A stretch of 64,000 bases of DNA from Pirellulales bacterium (GCA_963733035.1 CAVTBU010000007.1:608001-672000), one strand, 5' to 3'. Numbered from the stretch's first letter, positions 32,173 through 43,674 are shown. Notes: generated from the sequence alone by a model not told the origin. Made by a program: numbers and translations.

Positions 32173-32405
32173 GGTGCTCGCTCGTGCACTTCTCCTGTCA
32201 CGCGGGCAAAGGTTTCCCGCGCGGGTAACCGTGGGCGGCGCAGACGGACCGGTGGCGCCCCCTGAAGTGCTTATCGCCCCCAGCGATCTTACCGCTTGAG
32301 CAAGAGTTGTCGGCACTGTGAGGGTAGCTGGACGAGGCAAGCTCCAACGCCATTGTGGCCGGCGTTGGGTGCGGCCAGTTTGCCGACTTTGTCAAATCGT
32401 CAAAC

Positions 32406-33053
32406 TCAACCGCTACGGGTCTGACGTACGATTTCCACGTACTGGGCAGCCAAAGTTTCGATTCTCTTAAGATCCCCGGAGGCGACTGCCGTCGGCTCGA
32501 CGAGCGAACTTCCGATACCCAACGCAAACGCGCCCGCTCGCAAGAAGGTTGCCGCAGTCTGCAGATTTACCCCGCCAGTGGGCATCATGCGGACTTGGGG
32601 AAGCGGACCGGCCAGGGCCTTTAGGTACCCCGGTCCCGTCAGGTCCGAAGGGAATATCTTCACGATGTCCGCCCCGGCCTCCCAGGCGGTTAGCACCTCG
32701 GTAGGCGTCAACGCGCCGGGCATTACGAGCTTGCCATACCGTCGACAGAGGGCGATTACTTCGACGTTCACAGTCGGTGAAACGATGAATTCGGCACCTG
32801 AAAGCAGTGCCATACGTGCCGTTTCCGTATCGAGCACCGTGCCAGCCCCCAACAGCAGGCGATCGCCCAGCCGCTCCGCGACACGTTGTAAAACGTCAGT
32901 TGCACGTGGCACGGTGAATGTGACTTCCATCACGTCGATTCCACCGGTCAACAAGGCCTCGGCGACGTCGGCCAATAGCTCGCCATTTGCGGCACGAATG
33001 ACGGCGACGATACCGGTGGAGTGGATCCGAGTTAGGGAATTCTGCTTCTGCAT
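32406..33053 (-). CDS. eda: KDPG/KHG aldolase
   Basis: EVT, GAGTV, FIVSP, TPTE, KIFP and PTGGV. Confidence 0.95.
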   Translation of the reverse strand: MQKQNSLTRIHSTGIVAVIRAANGELLADVAEALLTGGIDVMEVTFTVPRATDVLQRVAERLGDRLLLGAGTVLDTETARMALLSGAEFIVSPTVNVEVIALCRRYGKLVMPGALTPTEVLTAWEAGADIVKIFPSDLTGPGYLKALAGPLPQVRMMPTGGVNLQTAATFLRAGAFALGIGSSLVEPTAVASGDLKRIETLAAQYVEIVRQTRSG

Positions 33054-33401
33054 GGGGATGCTTGTCCAAACGATCGGAAACCGGATTTAGAGGCTCTAAG
33101 CTAAGTTTGCCGCATGTCCCGTGTCAACGAGACCTCCGATGACCATTGCGGTGTCCCGGTTCATGAAAATGACACGATTTGCACATCTCGGGGCGTACTT
33201 CGAAGTTTGTCCAGTGATAGCCCACGATTTGGCATGCGACAGAAAAACCACCAATCTCCCGGCCAAATGCGGTGTGGGGATGGGTTGACATCCGGTCGAC
33301 GAATCTGGACTGGACGGGCGCACACGTGCATAATAGTTGGCAGTAAGTGGGCTGCCGGTGGGGGACGTTAGCGACAGACTGCCCAGCTTCGATTGCGTGT
33401 C

Positions 33402-33674
33402 ATGGCCGAGTTTGCCGAATTCCTGTCGAGCCCTGTGGCGTCGATTGTGTTCCTATTGGCTTTGTCGGCCACGTTAGTCGCTGTAGGCGTCTACGTGATC
33501 GGCAAATTCCGCGCAGGAATTCGCGATCGTGAACCGCAATCGAGCGAATGGTTGACGAATTTTCAGGAAATGCATGACCAAGGAGAGCTAAACGAAGAGG
33601 AATTCCGAACTATAAAGGCGATGCTGGCAGCGCGGCTGCAGCAGGAGTTAAACGATACGGACGAAACAAGTTAG
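33402..33674 (+). CDS. Small membrane protein with SHOCT-like C-terminus
   Basis: One TM helix followed by EMHDQGELNEEEFRTIK. Confidence 0.8.
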   Translation: MAEFAEFLSSPVASIVFLLALSATLVAVGVYVIGKFRAGIRDREPQSSEWLTNFQEMHDQGELNEEEFRTIKAMLAARLQQELNDTDETS

Positions 33675-33947
33675 CCACATGGTTCCGCCGCCGGGTCAAG
33701 CTTCGGCGGGGAGAGAAGCTGTGCCGGCTTGCGTGGTTTTTGCGACGGTGCTAGCCAGGCGCCCCTGCGGCACTTTGGCTGTGACAAGCGGGTTCGACCG
33801 CTCGAAATAACTTCGGTCAGGGAAGCTGGATCGGCCAATGCAATGACGCGCCCGAATGGCCACTTCGAGTGACACCTTGGGATTTCCCCTTGCCGACTGA
33901 ACGTGGCGACGCCGCGGCAGCGTGAGGGACACTAAGAAGGAGTAGAC

Positions 33948-35233
33948 ATGCCCTCAGGTAGGGACATTGGCGCGGGTCGACGAGGCGGTGGTACCACGAA
34001 AAAGAACGCATTCTGTTCTTTCTGTCGCAAAAGCTACCGCGACGTTGGGCCTTTGGTCGAAGGACCCGGCGACGTTTACATTTGCGGCGAGTGCATCGAG
34101 CTCTGCCAGTCGATCCTCGAACAGGAGCGACGGCGCCGCGGCACCAGCAAACAGCTATTTACGAAGATCCCTACGCCGCGAGAAATTGTCGGTCAGCTTG
34201 ACGATTACGTCATCGGCCAGGATCATGCTAAAAAAGTGCTGGCCGTGGCCGTGCACAGCCACTACAAGCGGCTGATGCTGGGTGCCGAGGGGGGAGACGT
34301 CGAGATCGAGAAATCGAATATCTTGCTCATCGGCCCGACCGGTTGCGGCAAGACCCTGCTAGCGCGCACGCTGGCAAAGATTCTCAACGTGCCATTTGCC
34401 ATCGGCGACGCGACCACGCTTACCGAGGCCGGGTACGTCGGCGAAGACGTCGAAAACCTGCTTTTGAAACTTCTGCATGCCGCCGACTTCGACCTGGAAG
34501 CGGCCCAGCGCGGCGTGCTCTATATCGACGAGATCGACAAGATTGGCAAGACGAGCCAGAATGTCTCGATTACCCGCGACGTATCGGGCGAGGGCGTTCA
34601 ACAGGCTCTGCTGAAGATGCTTGAAGGTACGCTGGCCAACGTGCCTCCGCAGGGTGGCCGCAAACATCCCGAGCAGCAATACATCCAGATGGACACGAGC
34701 AATATCCTGTTCATCTGCGGCGGGACGTTCGTGAACATTGACAAGATCATCGGCAAGCGTCTCGGCAAACGGACCATCGGTTTCGGCCAGGAGGCTGGCG
34801 AGCAAGCGAACCAGGACATGCAAAAGCTGCTGCCTCAGGTGACAAGTGACGACGTTTTGGAATTTGGTCTGATTCCAGAACTCGTCGGTCGACTTCCCGT
34901 GATCTCGGCCCTCACGCCGCTCGATAGTGACGCTTTGGTACGCGTTCTAACGGAGCCGAAGAATGCTCTGATCAAACAATATCAGCGGCTATTTTCCATG
35001 GAAAATGCCGATTTGCAGTTCACCGACGAGGCGCTGCAGGCAATTGCCCGTCGGGCGCAGGAAAAAGATACCGGTGCCCGCGGCCTGCGGTCGATTATCG
35101 AAGAGGTAATGCTCGACATTATGTTTGATTTGCCGGAGCGAGGACCAGGCAATCGATACGTGATCAATCAGGACGTGATCGAGGGCGCAAGCCTAAGTTA
35201 TCGATCGTCGAGCCCAAGAACAAAAGCGCGTAA
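33948..35233 (+). CDS. clpX: ATP-dependent Clp protease ATPase subunit; apparent missing G at about 35184
   Basis: CSFC..CGEC zinc domain, [25 protein letters not shown] and IGF loop. The corrected end reads [16 protein letters not shown]. Strong AAGGAG RBS. Confidence 0.97.
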
Positions 35234-35289
35234 CGTTCAAGCCCGTCCCCTGGAAAGGCCGGCGGGATCTTCGAGTTTCGCGCTCTACT

Positions 35290-35329
35290 AAAAAGTCCGG
35301 GACGCGCACGGCCGCGTCCCGGACTTTTT
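35290..35329 (+). terminator. Intrinsic terminator after clpX (A and T tracts on both sides)
   Basis: Perfect inverted repeat AAAAAGTCCGGGACGCG-cacggc-CGCGTCCCGGACTTTTT. Confidence 0.9.
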
Positions 35330-35385
35330 GCATCTAGGTCCTTTTGTCTCTTGCGTACAGGTGCCCGCGGCTAGAATAGCAAACC

Positions 35386-37614
35386 ATGACGTTTACGTGT
35401 CCCATGCATCCTGAAGTGCGCCAGGATCATCCTGGTAGTTGCCCGAAGTGCGGAATGGCTCTCGAAGCGATTGAGCAAGCGGCGTCCCCTGCGGAAGCGA
35501 CGCAGTACACGTGCCCGATGCATCCCCAGATCGTACGCGATGAACCTGGGCAATGTCCGATTTGCGGCATGGACTTGGAGCGCCGCGTCGTCTTAGCAGC
35601 GGCCGAAGATAGCAATCCTGAACTCGAGTCGATGACACGGCGATTCTCGTTGGGAGTCGTGCTGTGCGTTCCGCTCCTTGTCCTGACGATGGGCGAAATG
35701 GTCGTCGGACACCAACTCAGGTTTGTAGGTCCGCGCGCGATGGCCTGCCTGCAGTTCGTGCTGGCAACGCCTGTCGTTGTTTGGGGAGGGTGGCCGTTTT
35801 TTGATCGGGCCTGGCGGTCGGTCGTTTACCGCAGTTTGAATATGTTTACGCTCATTGCATTGGGGACTGGTGCCGCCTACGGCTTCAGCGTGCTGGCCAC
35901 GATCGTGCCCAGCGTCTTTCCAGAATCATTTCGTGGACCGAAAGGTGAGGTCGCGCTTTACTACGAGCCGGCCGCCGTAATTGTCACGCTCGTGCTCTTA
36001 GGCCAAGTGCTGGAGCTGCGAGCCCGCGGCCAGACGAGTTCTGCAATTCGCGGACTCCTGGGCCTGGCTCCAAAAATGGCCAGGCGGATTGCCGATGATG
36101 GCCAGGAACAGGACGTGCCGCTCGACGACGTGCACCCCGGCGATCGACTGAGAGTGCGGCCGGGCGAAAAGGTGCCCGTTGACGGCCAGGTTTTGGAGGG
36201 GACCAGCTTCATTGATGAATCGATGATTTCTGGCGAACCGGTGCCGGTTGAGAAACAGCCCGGCGACAAGGTCACCGGGGCCACGGTCAACGGACAAGGC
36301 TCGCTGGTGATGCGTGCCGAACGTGTTGGTAGTGAGACCTTGCTCGCACAAATTGTCAAAATGGTCAGTGACGCCCAGCGCAGTTGCGCGCCGATCCAGC
36401 GTTTGGCCGATGTCGTGTCGGGCTTCTTCGTTCCGGCGGTCGTACTCACGGCCGTGATTACGTTTGTCGCGTGGGCTGTCTTGGGCCCACCGCCGCGGTT
36501 CGCCCACGCACTGGTCAACGCAGTCGCCGTGCTGATCATCGCCTGTCCGTGCGCTTTGGGGTTGGCGACGCCCATGTCCATCATGGTCGGCACGGGGCGC
36601 GGTGCTCGGGCTGGCGTCCTACTAAAAGACGCAGAAGCCCTGGAGACGCTCGAAAAGGTCGACACGCTGGTGGTCGACAAGACCGGCACGTTAACGGCGG
36701 GTAGGCCGAGACTGCAATCGATCTTCACCAACGGCACGATAAAGGAAATGGAATTCCTGCGATTGGCCGCAAGCCTTGAGCAAGGCAGCGAACATCCGCT
36801 GGGTGCCGCGATCGTCAGCGGTGCCCGCGAGCGCGGAGTGGAAATCTCGAAGTCGAGCGATTTCGAATACATCACCGGAAAGGGTCTTCGCGGCAAGGTC
36901 GGTTCAAGCGGCGTGGCGCTTGGCAACCGTGCTCTGATGGATGCCTTGAACGTCGACGTTCGTCCGCTCGTTGTACAGGCGGAAAAGCTTCGCGGCACGG
37001 GGCAGACGGCGATGTTCGTCGCCATCAACGGTCAGGCCGCTGGATTGTTAGGCGTGGCTGATCCCATTAAGGAATCGACGGTCGAGGCGCTGCAGCTGTT
37101 ACGGGCGGAAGGGATCCAGGTCGTAATGCTCACGGGCGACAGCCACACGACCGCAGAAGCCGTGGCTGCTCAGCTGGAAATCGCCAAGGTCTGGGCCGAA
37201 GTGCTACCCGAGAACAAACAGCAAGTTGTCACCGAACTGCGCGACAAGGGGCACGTTGTGGCCATGGCTGGTGATGGCATTAACGATGCCCCAGCATTGG
37301 CGGCCGCGCACGTGGGTATTGCGATGGGAACCGGAACCGACGTAGCGATGGAAGCGGCCGGCGTAACGCTCGTCCAAGGTGATCTGCGTGGTGTCGCGCG
37401 CGCCGTGCGGTTGAGTCGCGCGACCATGCGCAACATTCGGCAGAACCTGTTTTTTGCATTTGCCTACAACGCCCTAGGCGTGCCCATTGCGGCCGGTGTG
37501 CTTTATCCCTGGACCGGGTGGCTCTTAAGCCCGATGATTGCCAGTGCGGCGATGAGCTTCAGTTCGGTATCGGTTATCGGGAACTCACTTCGGCTGAGAC
37601 GCGTTGCGCTCTAA
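35386..37614 (+). CDS. copA: Copper-translocating P1B-type ATPase with two N-terminal CPMHP metal-binding domains
   Basis: FTCPMHP and [32 protein letters not shown] and MSFSS ligands. Confidence 0.95.
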   Translation: MTFTCPMHPEVRQDHPGSCPKCGMALEAIEQAASPAEATQYTCPMHPQIVRDEPGQCPICGMDLERRVVLAAAEDSNPELESMTRRFSLGVVLCVPLLVLTMGEMVVGHQLRFVGPRAMACLQFVLATPVVVWGGWPFFDRAWRSVVYRSLNMFTLIALGTGAAYGFSVLATIVPSVFPESFRGPKGEVALYYEPAAVIVTLVLLGQVLELRARGQTSSAIRGLLGLAPKMARRIADDGQEQDVPLDDVHPGDRLRVRPGEKVPVDGQVLEGTSFIDESMISGEPVPVEKQPGDKVTGATVNGQGSLVMRAERVGSETLLAQIVKMVSDAQRSCAPIQRLADVVSGFFVPAVVLTAVITFVAWAVLGPPPRFAHALVNAVAVLIIACPCALGLATPMSIMVGTGRGARAGVLLKDAEALETLEKVDTLVVDKTGTLTAGRPRLQSIFTNGTIKEMEFLRLAASLEQGSEHPLGAAIVSGARERGVEISKSSDFEYITGKGLRGKVGSSGVALGNRALMDALNVDVRPLVVQAEKLRGTGQTAMFVAINGQAAGLLGVADPIKESTVEALQLLRAEGIQVVMLTGDSHTTAEAVAAQLEIAKVWAEVLPENKQQVVTELRDKGHVVAMAGDGINDAPALAAAHVGIAMGTGTDVAMEAAGVTLVQGDLRGVARAVRLSRATMRNIRQNLFFAFAYNALGVPIAAGVLYPWTGWLLSPMIASAAMSFSSVSVIGNSLRLRRVAL

Positions 37615-37767
37615 CGGCTTCGGCATGCTAGCAACGGCGCTCTTGATTGGCACCGACAAAGCAGGTACGCTGCCGCCCCTTTCCGTGCGCCGAGCCCGTT
37701 TCTGACGCCACATTCGTCGGCCGATACGAAACTCCGTCGATCTCAAATGAACGCACGAACTCGCCGG

Positions 37768-38793
37768 ATGCGCTGCCATTCGTTAGGTCTACTGTGCGCG
37801 CAGTTGACCCTGGTTTGGAGCTGCGCGGCGGGGCCCTATCATTACGGCAAGAACCGGGACTCGTCCAATGCTGCCGTCAATGGTAGTGCGACAGGCCAGG
37901 TGGCATTCAAGTATGGAAAACCACAAAAGACGCTCGATCGCATGTCCGACATCGTCTCGTGGCCAAGGCGTGTTTTTCGACCGGATACTCCGGACAAACG
38001 GACGATCACATCCGAAACGACGGACAAGCTGCGAGAATACCTATCAAAGAACGACCTCATGGACGTGGAAGTTACCGTTCGAGACTACGACCCCGGCGAG
38101 CAATGGAGCAGGTTACGCGACAATCGCATTGTACCTGGTCTCTCCCGCTACACACTCGGCGTTTTCAGCATGTTGAACTACGCGTTGATTCCGGGACGTG
38201 TGTTTGGTCGAAACGAATACAATCCCTACACAAACACGCTGTACGTCAACTCCGAGGCACCGGCCCTCGTAGTACACGAAGCGGCCTTTGCCAAGAATCT
38301 GCGCGCCAGACCATGGCCGGGTGTCTATGCGGTTGCCAGCAGCCTGCCGTTTCTATCGGCATTGCACGAGATCGACAGCGCACGCGAGGTCGTTGCATAT
38401 GCTCGCGCCGAAGAGGATTGGGCCCTAGAGCAAGAATCCTATCGCGAAATCTATCCACGCGTTGGATCAGAGGCCACCGGTGGCATGGCGGCGCTTGTGC
38501 CTGTCTGGTGGGGAGGTCCGGTGCTCGGTTTGGCCGGGTCGGCAATGGGAAGCGTGGCTGGCCGCACGGTGCTTGCCCGCCGGCAACACGAGCGGGACCA
38601 AGCGTTGGACGCGCGTGTGACAAGAGAGGTTACCGGCGTACAGCAGGCAACGTACGAAGAGCCTGTTGGATCAAAGCCGGAGGCCCGACGCACGGTCGCG
38701 AGTACCACCGCTTCGCGCCAAGCTCGCCGTGAGGTGCGAACCCGCGGAAGTCGGGCAAAAGACGCATCATTTGACCCGCAACGGTCGAACTGA
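37768..38793 (+). CDS. Hypothetical exported protein, possible lipoprotein
   Basis: Lipobox-like LVWSC; DY.P..QW.RL and YNPYTNT..HE motifs; glycine-zipper-like C-terminal segment. Confidence 0.75.
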   Translation: MRCHSLGLLCAQLTLVWSCAAGPYHYGKNRDSSNAAVNGSATGQVAFKYGKPQKTLDRMSDIVSWPRRVFRPDTPDKRTITSETTDKLREYLSKNDLMDVEVTVRDYDPGEQWSRLRDNRIVPGLSRYTLGVFSMLNYALIPGRVFGRNEYNPYTNTLYVNSEAPALVVHEAAFAKNLRARPWPGVYAVASSLPFLSALHEIDSAREVVAYARAEEDWALEQESYREIYPRVGSEATGGMAALVPVWWGGPVLGLAGSAMGSVAGRTVLARRQHERDQALDARVTREVTGVQQATYEEPVGSKPEARRTVASTTASRQARREVRTRGSRAKDASFDPQRSN

Positions 38794-38870
38794 CGAATCC
38801 CAGAGCCTTTGCCTGGGGCCGTTTACTTCTGGCGGGCCCGAGCAATTTAGCGCTCAAGATGATTTGTCGA

Positions 38871-39558
38871 TTAGAGCCCAAGGGTGAGTTCAAGGTTCAA
38901 GGGCACTCGTACTGTATCGGCATCGGCCCCTAGGCCGCAGACGAGATGCACTTCGCCTTTGAGGGCCAGCCGCACACTCTTTTGGGCGGGCAGGTTGGGA
39001 ACGTGAATCGTGACCAAGCCCCCCTTTCCATCCGACGATGCCTCGAACGAAAACGGTTCGGTTGCGCCGCCTTCAAGCAAGTCCGTGTTCTTGTTGTCCG
39101 TAAATGACGCGATCTTGCTCTTCTCGGCATCGAGGCTGACAATGCTCAATTCTGGATCAGAAAACATCAGTCGTACGTGCGTACCGGGAGAAAACAAGCC
39201 GCCTTCCTCGCTCGACTGTTGGGCGACGGGTTTCACAATTGCCAAGCCGACCACCTCGGGCTTGGGCGCTCCCTTCTTGCCGCTTGGCGAGCTCTTCGCG
39301 GCCATCTTGCCATCAGGATAGGTCTTCTTCAAATAGGCCCGATCTTCCTCGCTTAGCTTTTCGACCGGAATGTTGACGGCCACGCCTTGTTCCAGCGCGA
39401 GCCGCAAAACCTTGCCGTCATAGGATACGACTTCGCCCTTAACCTTGAAGTTACCCGTGAAGTCAGACCATTCGCGCGGTTACAAACGGAGCCCAAGAGA
39501 GCGACAACAGCACAAGGAGAACAAATCGAAAATGGAAGCGACAAGAAATGCGATTCAT
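38871..39558 (-). CDS. Exported SHD1-domain protein; apparent frameshift at about 39475
   Basis: Signal peptide MNRIS...APFVTAR joins EWSDFTGNFKVKG...IPVEKLSEEDRAYL (SHD1 pattern) in another frame across a CGCGCG run. Confidence 0.8.
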
Positions 39559-39668
39559 CGTTCTCGCTCCTAAACTGGAATCGGACGGCCCAACGACCAA
39601 TCTATCAAGACGATTTATACGGATCAACGTACGGGCCAAAATGCCCCAGGCGATGCGGGCGACTCTGT

Positions 39669-40784
39669 TCAAGGTTTCTCTTGGGCCAGCTTTTTGAGCA
39701 CTTCGAGGCCGCGGCCAATGGTGGCGTCGTCGGCTGCATACGATATGCGGAAATGGGTGTCCTGACTGCTGAAAATGTTGCCCGGAATAATCAGCACCTT
39801 GTTCTCAATTGCCCGATGCACGAATTGCTCGCCGGTGCCCCAGGGGACCTTGGGAAAGACGTAGAATGCGCCTCCGGGCGCGACCACTTCGTAATCTTCC
39901 TTTAGCGCGGCCACAACTCGGTCGCGCTTGCCGCGATAGGCGGCGATCTGATCGCTGGTGTCGACGTCTAACGCAGTCAGGCCTGCCCATTGAGCCGGCT
40001 GCGGTGCACAAACGAACGTGTACTGCTGCAACTTGATCATCTGTTGGATGAGTTCCGCAGGCCCGTGTGCCCATCCCAGTCGCCAACCGGTCATCGCGTG
40101 GCTCTTTGAGAAACCGTCGATGACAAGGGTTTGGGGATTGTACCTAGCCGGCGACAGAAACGGTGCATCATACGAATAGCGGCTGTATATCTCGTCGCTG
40201 ATCAACGCGATATTGCGTTCAGCCGCCAATTGTGCCAGCCCACGAATTTCCGCCTCGCTCGCCGTGACACCGGTCGGGTTGGCCGGGCTGTTAAACAGAA
40301 TTGCCTTGGTTCGCTTCGTGATGGCCGCGGCCACTTTGTCTGAGTCGATTCGAAAGTCGGGATAGGTATCGATGACGACGCTCTTACCGCCCACCAGCCC
40401 GACCAGCGACTTGTACATGACGAAATAGGGGTCAAACACAATCACTTCGTCGCCCGGGTTGACCAGTGCCATCATCGCCAGTACGAGACCGCCGCTGGTG
40501 CCGCTGGTGACGAATACTTGGCGTGTGGAGTGGGTGTACTGAGAGGCAATCCGTTCGGCCAGCTTCTCGCGCAGCGGGGCAATTCCCTGAGTGGGTGAAT
40601 AGCCATTCTTGCCGTCGCGAATCGCTTTGATTGCAGCTTCTTGGACGGGCTCGGGCACGGGGAAATCCGGCTGACCGATCGACAGATTAATCGGGTCGGG
40701 CATGTTAGCCGCCAAGTCAAACACTTTGCGAATGCCCGAACTGTCAAAATACTGCATCCGTTCGGCGATCCACGGGTGATTCAT
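39669..40784 (-). CDS. Class I/II PLP aminotransferase (aspartate aminotransferase-like)
   Basis: INLSIGQPDF, NSPANPTG, SDEIY, GFSKSHAMTGWRLG and GAFY. Confidence 0.95.
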   Translation of the reverse strand: MNHPWIAERMQYFDSSGIRKVFDLAANMPDPINLSIGQPDFPVPEPVQEAAIKAIRDGKNGYSPTQGIAPLREKLAERIASQYTHSTRQVFVTSGTSGGLVLAMMALVNPGDEVIVFDPYFVMYKSLVGLVGGKSVVIDTYPDFRIDSDKVAAAITKRTKAILFNSPANPTGVTASEAEIRGLAQLAAERNIALISDEIYSRYSYDAPFLSPARYNPQTLVIDGFSKSHAMTGWRLGWAHGPAELIQQMIKLQQYTFVCAPQPAQWAGLTALDVDTSDQIAAYRGKRDRVVAALKEDYEVVAPGGAFYVFPKVPWGTGEQFVHRAIENKVLIIPGNIFSSQDTHFRISYAADDATIGRGLEVLKKLAQEKP

Positions 40785-40851
40785 CGAATTAATGTTCCGC
40801 AAGTGGCCAGTGGGTGGGACATTGCGAGCGACCGCAGGCAACGATACCTTT

Positions 40852-42168
40852 TTACCCCTCGGCATGCGCCGCGTCGAGAACATCCGAGAGCGGTCGGTCT
40901 GACTCACTGAGTAGCTTGAGGAGCAAGCACAAGGTCGCCAAAGCATCCGGGACACATGCCTGGCCGCCCAGCCAATATCGATCTCCTCCGCTGCCGAAGG
41001 TCGCTTGTTTCCGTGTCATTTGCTCAGCCATTTGCTGACGAGTGACGTGCATGTTCACGCTGGCAGATTCGAGATCGCGAATAAACGTGGCTTGTGGATT
41101 GTGTCTTTTTAGAAAGCTTTCCAACGTTCGGGATGCATTTTCCCCGACGACCAATTCGCCTCGTTCGTCGATCAAGTGACATCGCTCCCCGCAACCGTCG
41201 ATCCACATCCCAAAATGCGAACCCTCGATGATCACTTGGCGAGCAACGGCATCGAGATGCCCTGTATCAGGTGAACCTGAGGAGATGAAGTTCGCTAAGC
41301 CTGCACATTGGACGTGCACAGCTCGGCAGGCCGATGCGGTGCTGAGCCGCTGCCAATACCGCATGAACGTTTCGGACATTGTGGCCACAACAATGTTCAG
41401 CGGTCGCAAGCCATGAAACAGGTTTTCCAAGCTGGCGAGATAGGCGTCTTCGGGTTGGAAGCGTCGCAAGATACCGCCATTCCGCTTGAACCGAACCGGC
41501 CCCGCCTCAAACCTGGCTCGCACGGCATCGAGCATACCGGGCGACGAAGCAGGCAGGCCACCAGCGGTGTACGCTTGAATTGCCAACGAGTGAGGTTCTC
41601 CAATCGCATTGCCGATCCACAACGCAGCGGACGCTTGTTGGTGGGCTGTTGCCATGGCAAGGCACGGAGACGTCACCGCTCCAACCTCGACGGCAATGCA
41701 GCCAGCCAGTTGCAATGCACGACAAATTGCGGGCACCAAGTCGGCGGTTGTCCAGCCGCCATCGCTGCCGACAAATACCGTGGGCTGCGTCGATCGTGAC
41801 CCCCAAATTTCCGCCGCGAATGCCGAGGCGAATCGCATTGGCAAATCACGATTAACACCTCCGCGGGTTGTCCCTTTGAGACCCTCCGAGTCCCACTGCC
41901 AACTGCGAGGGTGAGATCGTTCAACCTCGGCGCGAGCTTCCAATTGCAGTGAAGTTAGGCCCGCGTTTTCATCGCGAGCGGGGCACTTGAGGCAGGCAGG
42001 ATAGAATGACGCCAGTCGCTTAAGATGCGTCGCGCGGTCGATGGGCCGGGTTTCGCCGGGACATTGAAATGCCCTGCAGGGGTCGCCGAGGCGGGTATCG
42101 TTGTCGTCCATGACATGCCTCGCAATGTGCGATTCCTGCACGGGTGGTGACCGGTTGCTCGCCGACAC
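40852..42168 (-). CDS. Degenerate phosphomannomutase/phosphoglucomutase-like protein with Cys/His-rich N-terminus
   Basis: Residual PMM landmarks in the expected order (SEGLKG, VFVGSD, VGAVTSP, FGMWIDGCGER, PDAL), but no SHN phosphoserine and no DxDxD loop. Confidence 0.7.
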   Translation of the reverse strand: MSASNRSPPVQESHIARHVMDDNDTRLGDPCRAFQCPGETRPIDRATHLKRLASFYPACLKCPARDENAGLTSLQLEARAEVERSHPRSWQWDSEGLKGTTRGGVNRDLPMRFASAFAAEIWGSRSTQPTVFVGSDGGWTTADLVPAICRALQLAGCIAVEVGAVTSPCLAMATAHQQASAALWIGNAIGEPHSLAIQAYTAGGLPASSPGMLDAVRARFEAGPVRFKRNGGILRRFQPEDAYLASLENLFHGLRPLNIVVATMSETFMRYWQRLSTASACRAVHVQCAGLANFISSGSPDTGHLDAVARQVIIEGSHFGMWIDGCGERCHLIDERGELVVGENASRTLESFLKRHNPQATFIRDLESASVNMHVTRQQMAEQMTRKQATFGSGGDRYWLGGQACVPDALATLCLLLKLLSESDRPLSDVLDAAHAEG

Positions 42169-42187
42169 CGCATTGACCGAGGCTGGT

Positions 42188-42763
42188 CTATGCCTTCTCT
42201 TCGGCGCTCATTCGCATCTTGCGGCGTGCGCGGCTTAACGTTGGGCCGACACTATTCTCGGGCATGCCGACGGCGGAACTGATCTCCTGGTAACTTTTGC
42301 CTTCCAGGTGGTACATCCGCACGATACTGGCTTCGGCCGTGTCGAGTTGGGCCATCATCCGTTCGACCTCTTCCCGGTTGCTTACACGTTGCTCGACTTC
42401 AATGGCGGCCATGGCCATCTCGGCTCGGGCATGGTGCCCGTTTTCCTGCCGTGTACTCACCCGCTGACGGAGCAGTTCGGTAACAACCACCCGACGGGCG
42501 ATAACGGTCAGATACGTGGCGAGACTGCTCTCGCCGCGGAACTGCCGGAGCACCGATAGGTCGTCCTTGATGATCGTCAAGAATACCTGGGCGATCAGAT
42601 CCTCGCGATCCTCGGGGGTCAGCCTGAGGGATCGACACTGGGCCGAATGGTTGACCACATGCACCACTAGCCCCATAAATCGATCGACAAAGTCTTCCCA
42701 GGCCCTCGGTTTGCGGGCCAAGCAGCGTTGCAGCAGACTGCGGTCAATTTCAGACAGTGCCAC
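42188..42763 (-). CDS. ECF RNA polymerase sigma factor
   Basis: Region 2 (AWEDFV..EDL..VF..F..SSLATYL) and region 4 (EGKSYQEIS..GMPENSVGPTLSRAR). Confidence 0.93.
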   Translation of the reverse strand: MALSEIDRSLLQRCLARKPRAWEDFVDRFMGLVVHVVNHSAQCRSLRLTPEDREDLIAQVFLTIIKDDLSVLRQFRGESSLATYLTVIARRVVVTELLRQRVSTRQENGHHARAEMAMAAIEVEQRVSNREEVERMMAQLDTAEASIVRMYHLEGKSYQEISSAVGMPENSVGPTLSRARRKMRMSAEEKA

Positions 42764-43078
42764 ACTCGCGATCCTTATGGATACAGCCGACAGAGGCCGG
42801 TAGCGGGCTCCGCGAGGAACCTGGACGTTCCAGACATGCGTTCCGAAAAGCCTTAACTCCTTTGATTTTAAGTAGAGCTCACGATCCAGGCAAGTCGGAG
42901 TTGGCTCTCAGCCGATGATGGCAATGGAGCGTCGCTTGACAGTGAGAATAGCCAGCACTAGAATTCGCGCGACGGACCCAGGAATGGCCTTCAAGTGCTT
43001 GTGTTTTAAGGGGTTTAAGTCTGTGTTCCGCGGGGATTGGAAGTCCACCGCGGGATGCCAGTATGGAGAGCAGTGTCA

Positions 43079-43357
43079 ATGACTCACGTTGTTGCCGAAC
43101 CGTGCTTCGCCTGCAAATACACCGACTGTGTGGTGGTTTGCCCCGTGGAGTGTTTCTACGAGGGAGAAAAGATGCTTTACATCCATCCGGATGAATGCAT
43201 CGACTGTGAAGCGTGCGTTCCGGAATGTCCGGTCGAAGCGATTTTTCACGAAGACAACCTTCCGGAAGAGTGGAAGGAATTTACGGCTCTGAACGCCGAA
43301 ATGGCACCACAGTGCCCAGTTATCACTGAAAAGAAAGAGCCGCTGGCAGGCAGTTAG
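43079..43357 (+). CDS. fdxA: FdxA-type ferredoxin
   Basis: [18 protein letters not shown] and [17 protein letters not shown]. Confidence 0.93.
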   Translation: MTHVVAEPCFACKYTDCVVVCPVECFYEGEKMLYIHPDECIDCEACVPECPVEAIFHEDNLPEEWKEFTALNAEMAPQCPVITEKKEPLAGS

Positions 43358-43674
43358 TCGCGCCGACTGTCGCTGAGAATGGTTTACGTCTCGCAGCTAC
43401 AAGGGGTCCGGCGTCGCCAGCGCCAAGCCGGTCACTCCCGCGGCGCTCGCGCGAAAGTCAATCGGAAACGGCCAACAGTCTCCGGCACATCGCTGGGTTT
43501 CTTGCGCGGCTGAGTCGTCCGCGATCACAGTGCTCCGCCTTCACGCGAAATACGCCGTTTCGCCTGTTCTCCGCGTAGCGTGGTTGGGCATGACCTGCGG
43601 CACCACCACCCTTGCAAAGAGTTCGGCGACTCCTTGGCCGACGAGGTGCGAACACCTCTGCGTGATCGCGGCGC

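Noticed and set aside
42855..43020. AT-rich quasi-palindromes (TAACTCCTTTGATTTTAAG; AAGTGCTTGTGTTTTAAGGGGTTTA) as dif or att sites
   Set aside because: Symmetry is poor, there is no match to the 11-6-11 dif layout, and no recombinase is nearby.
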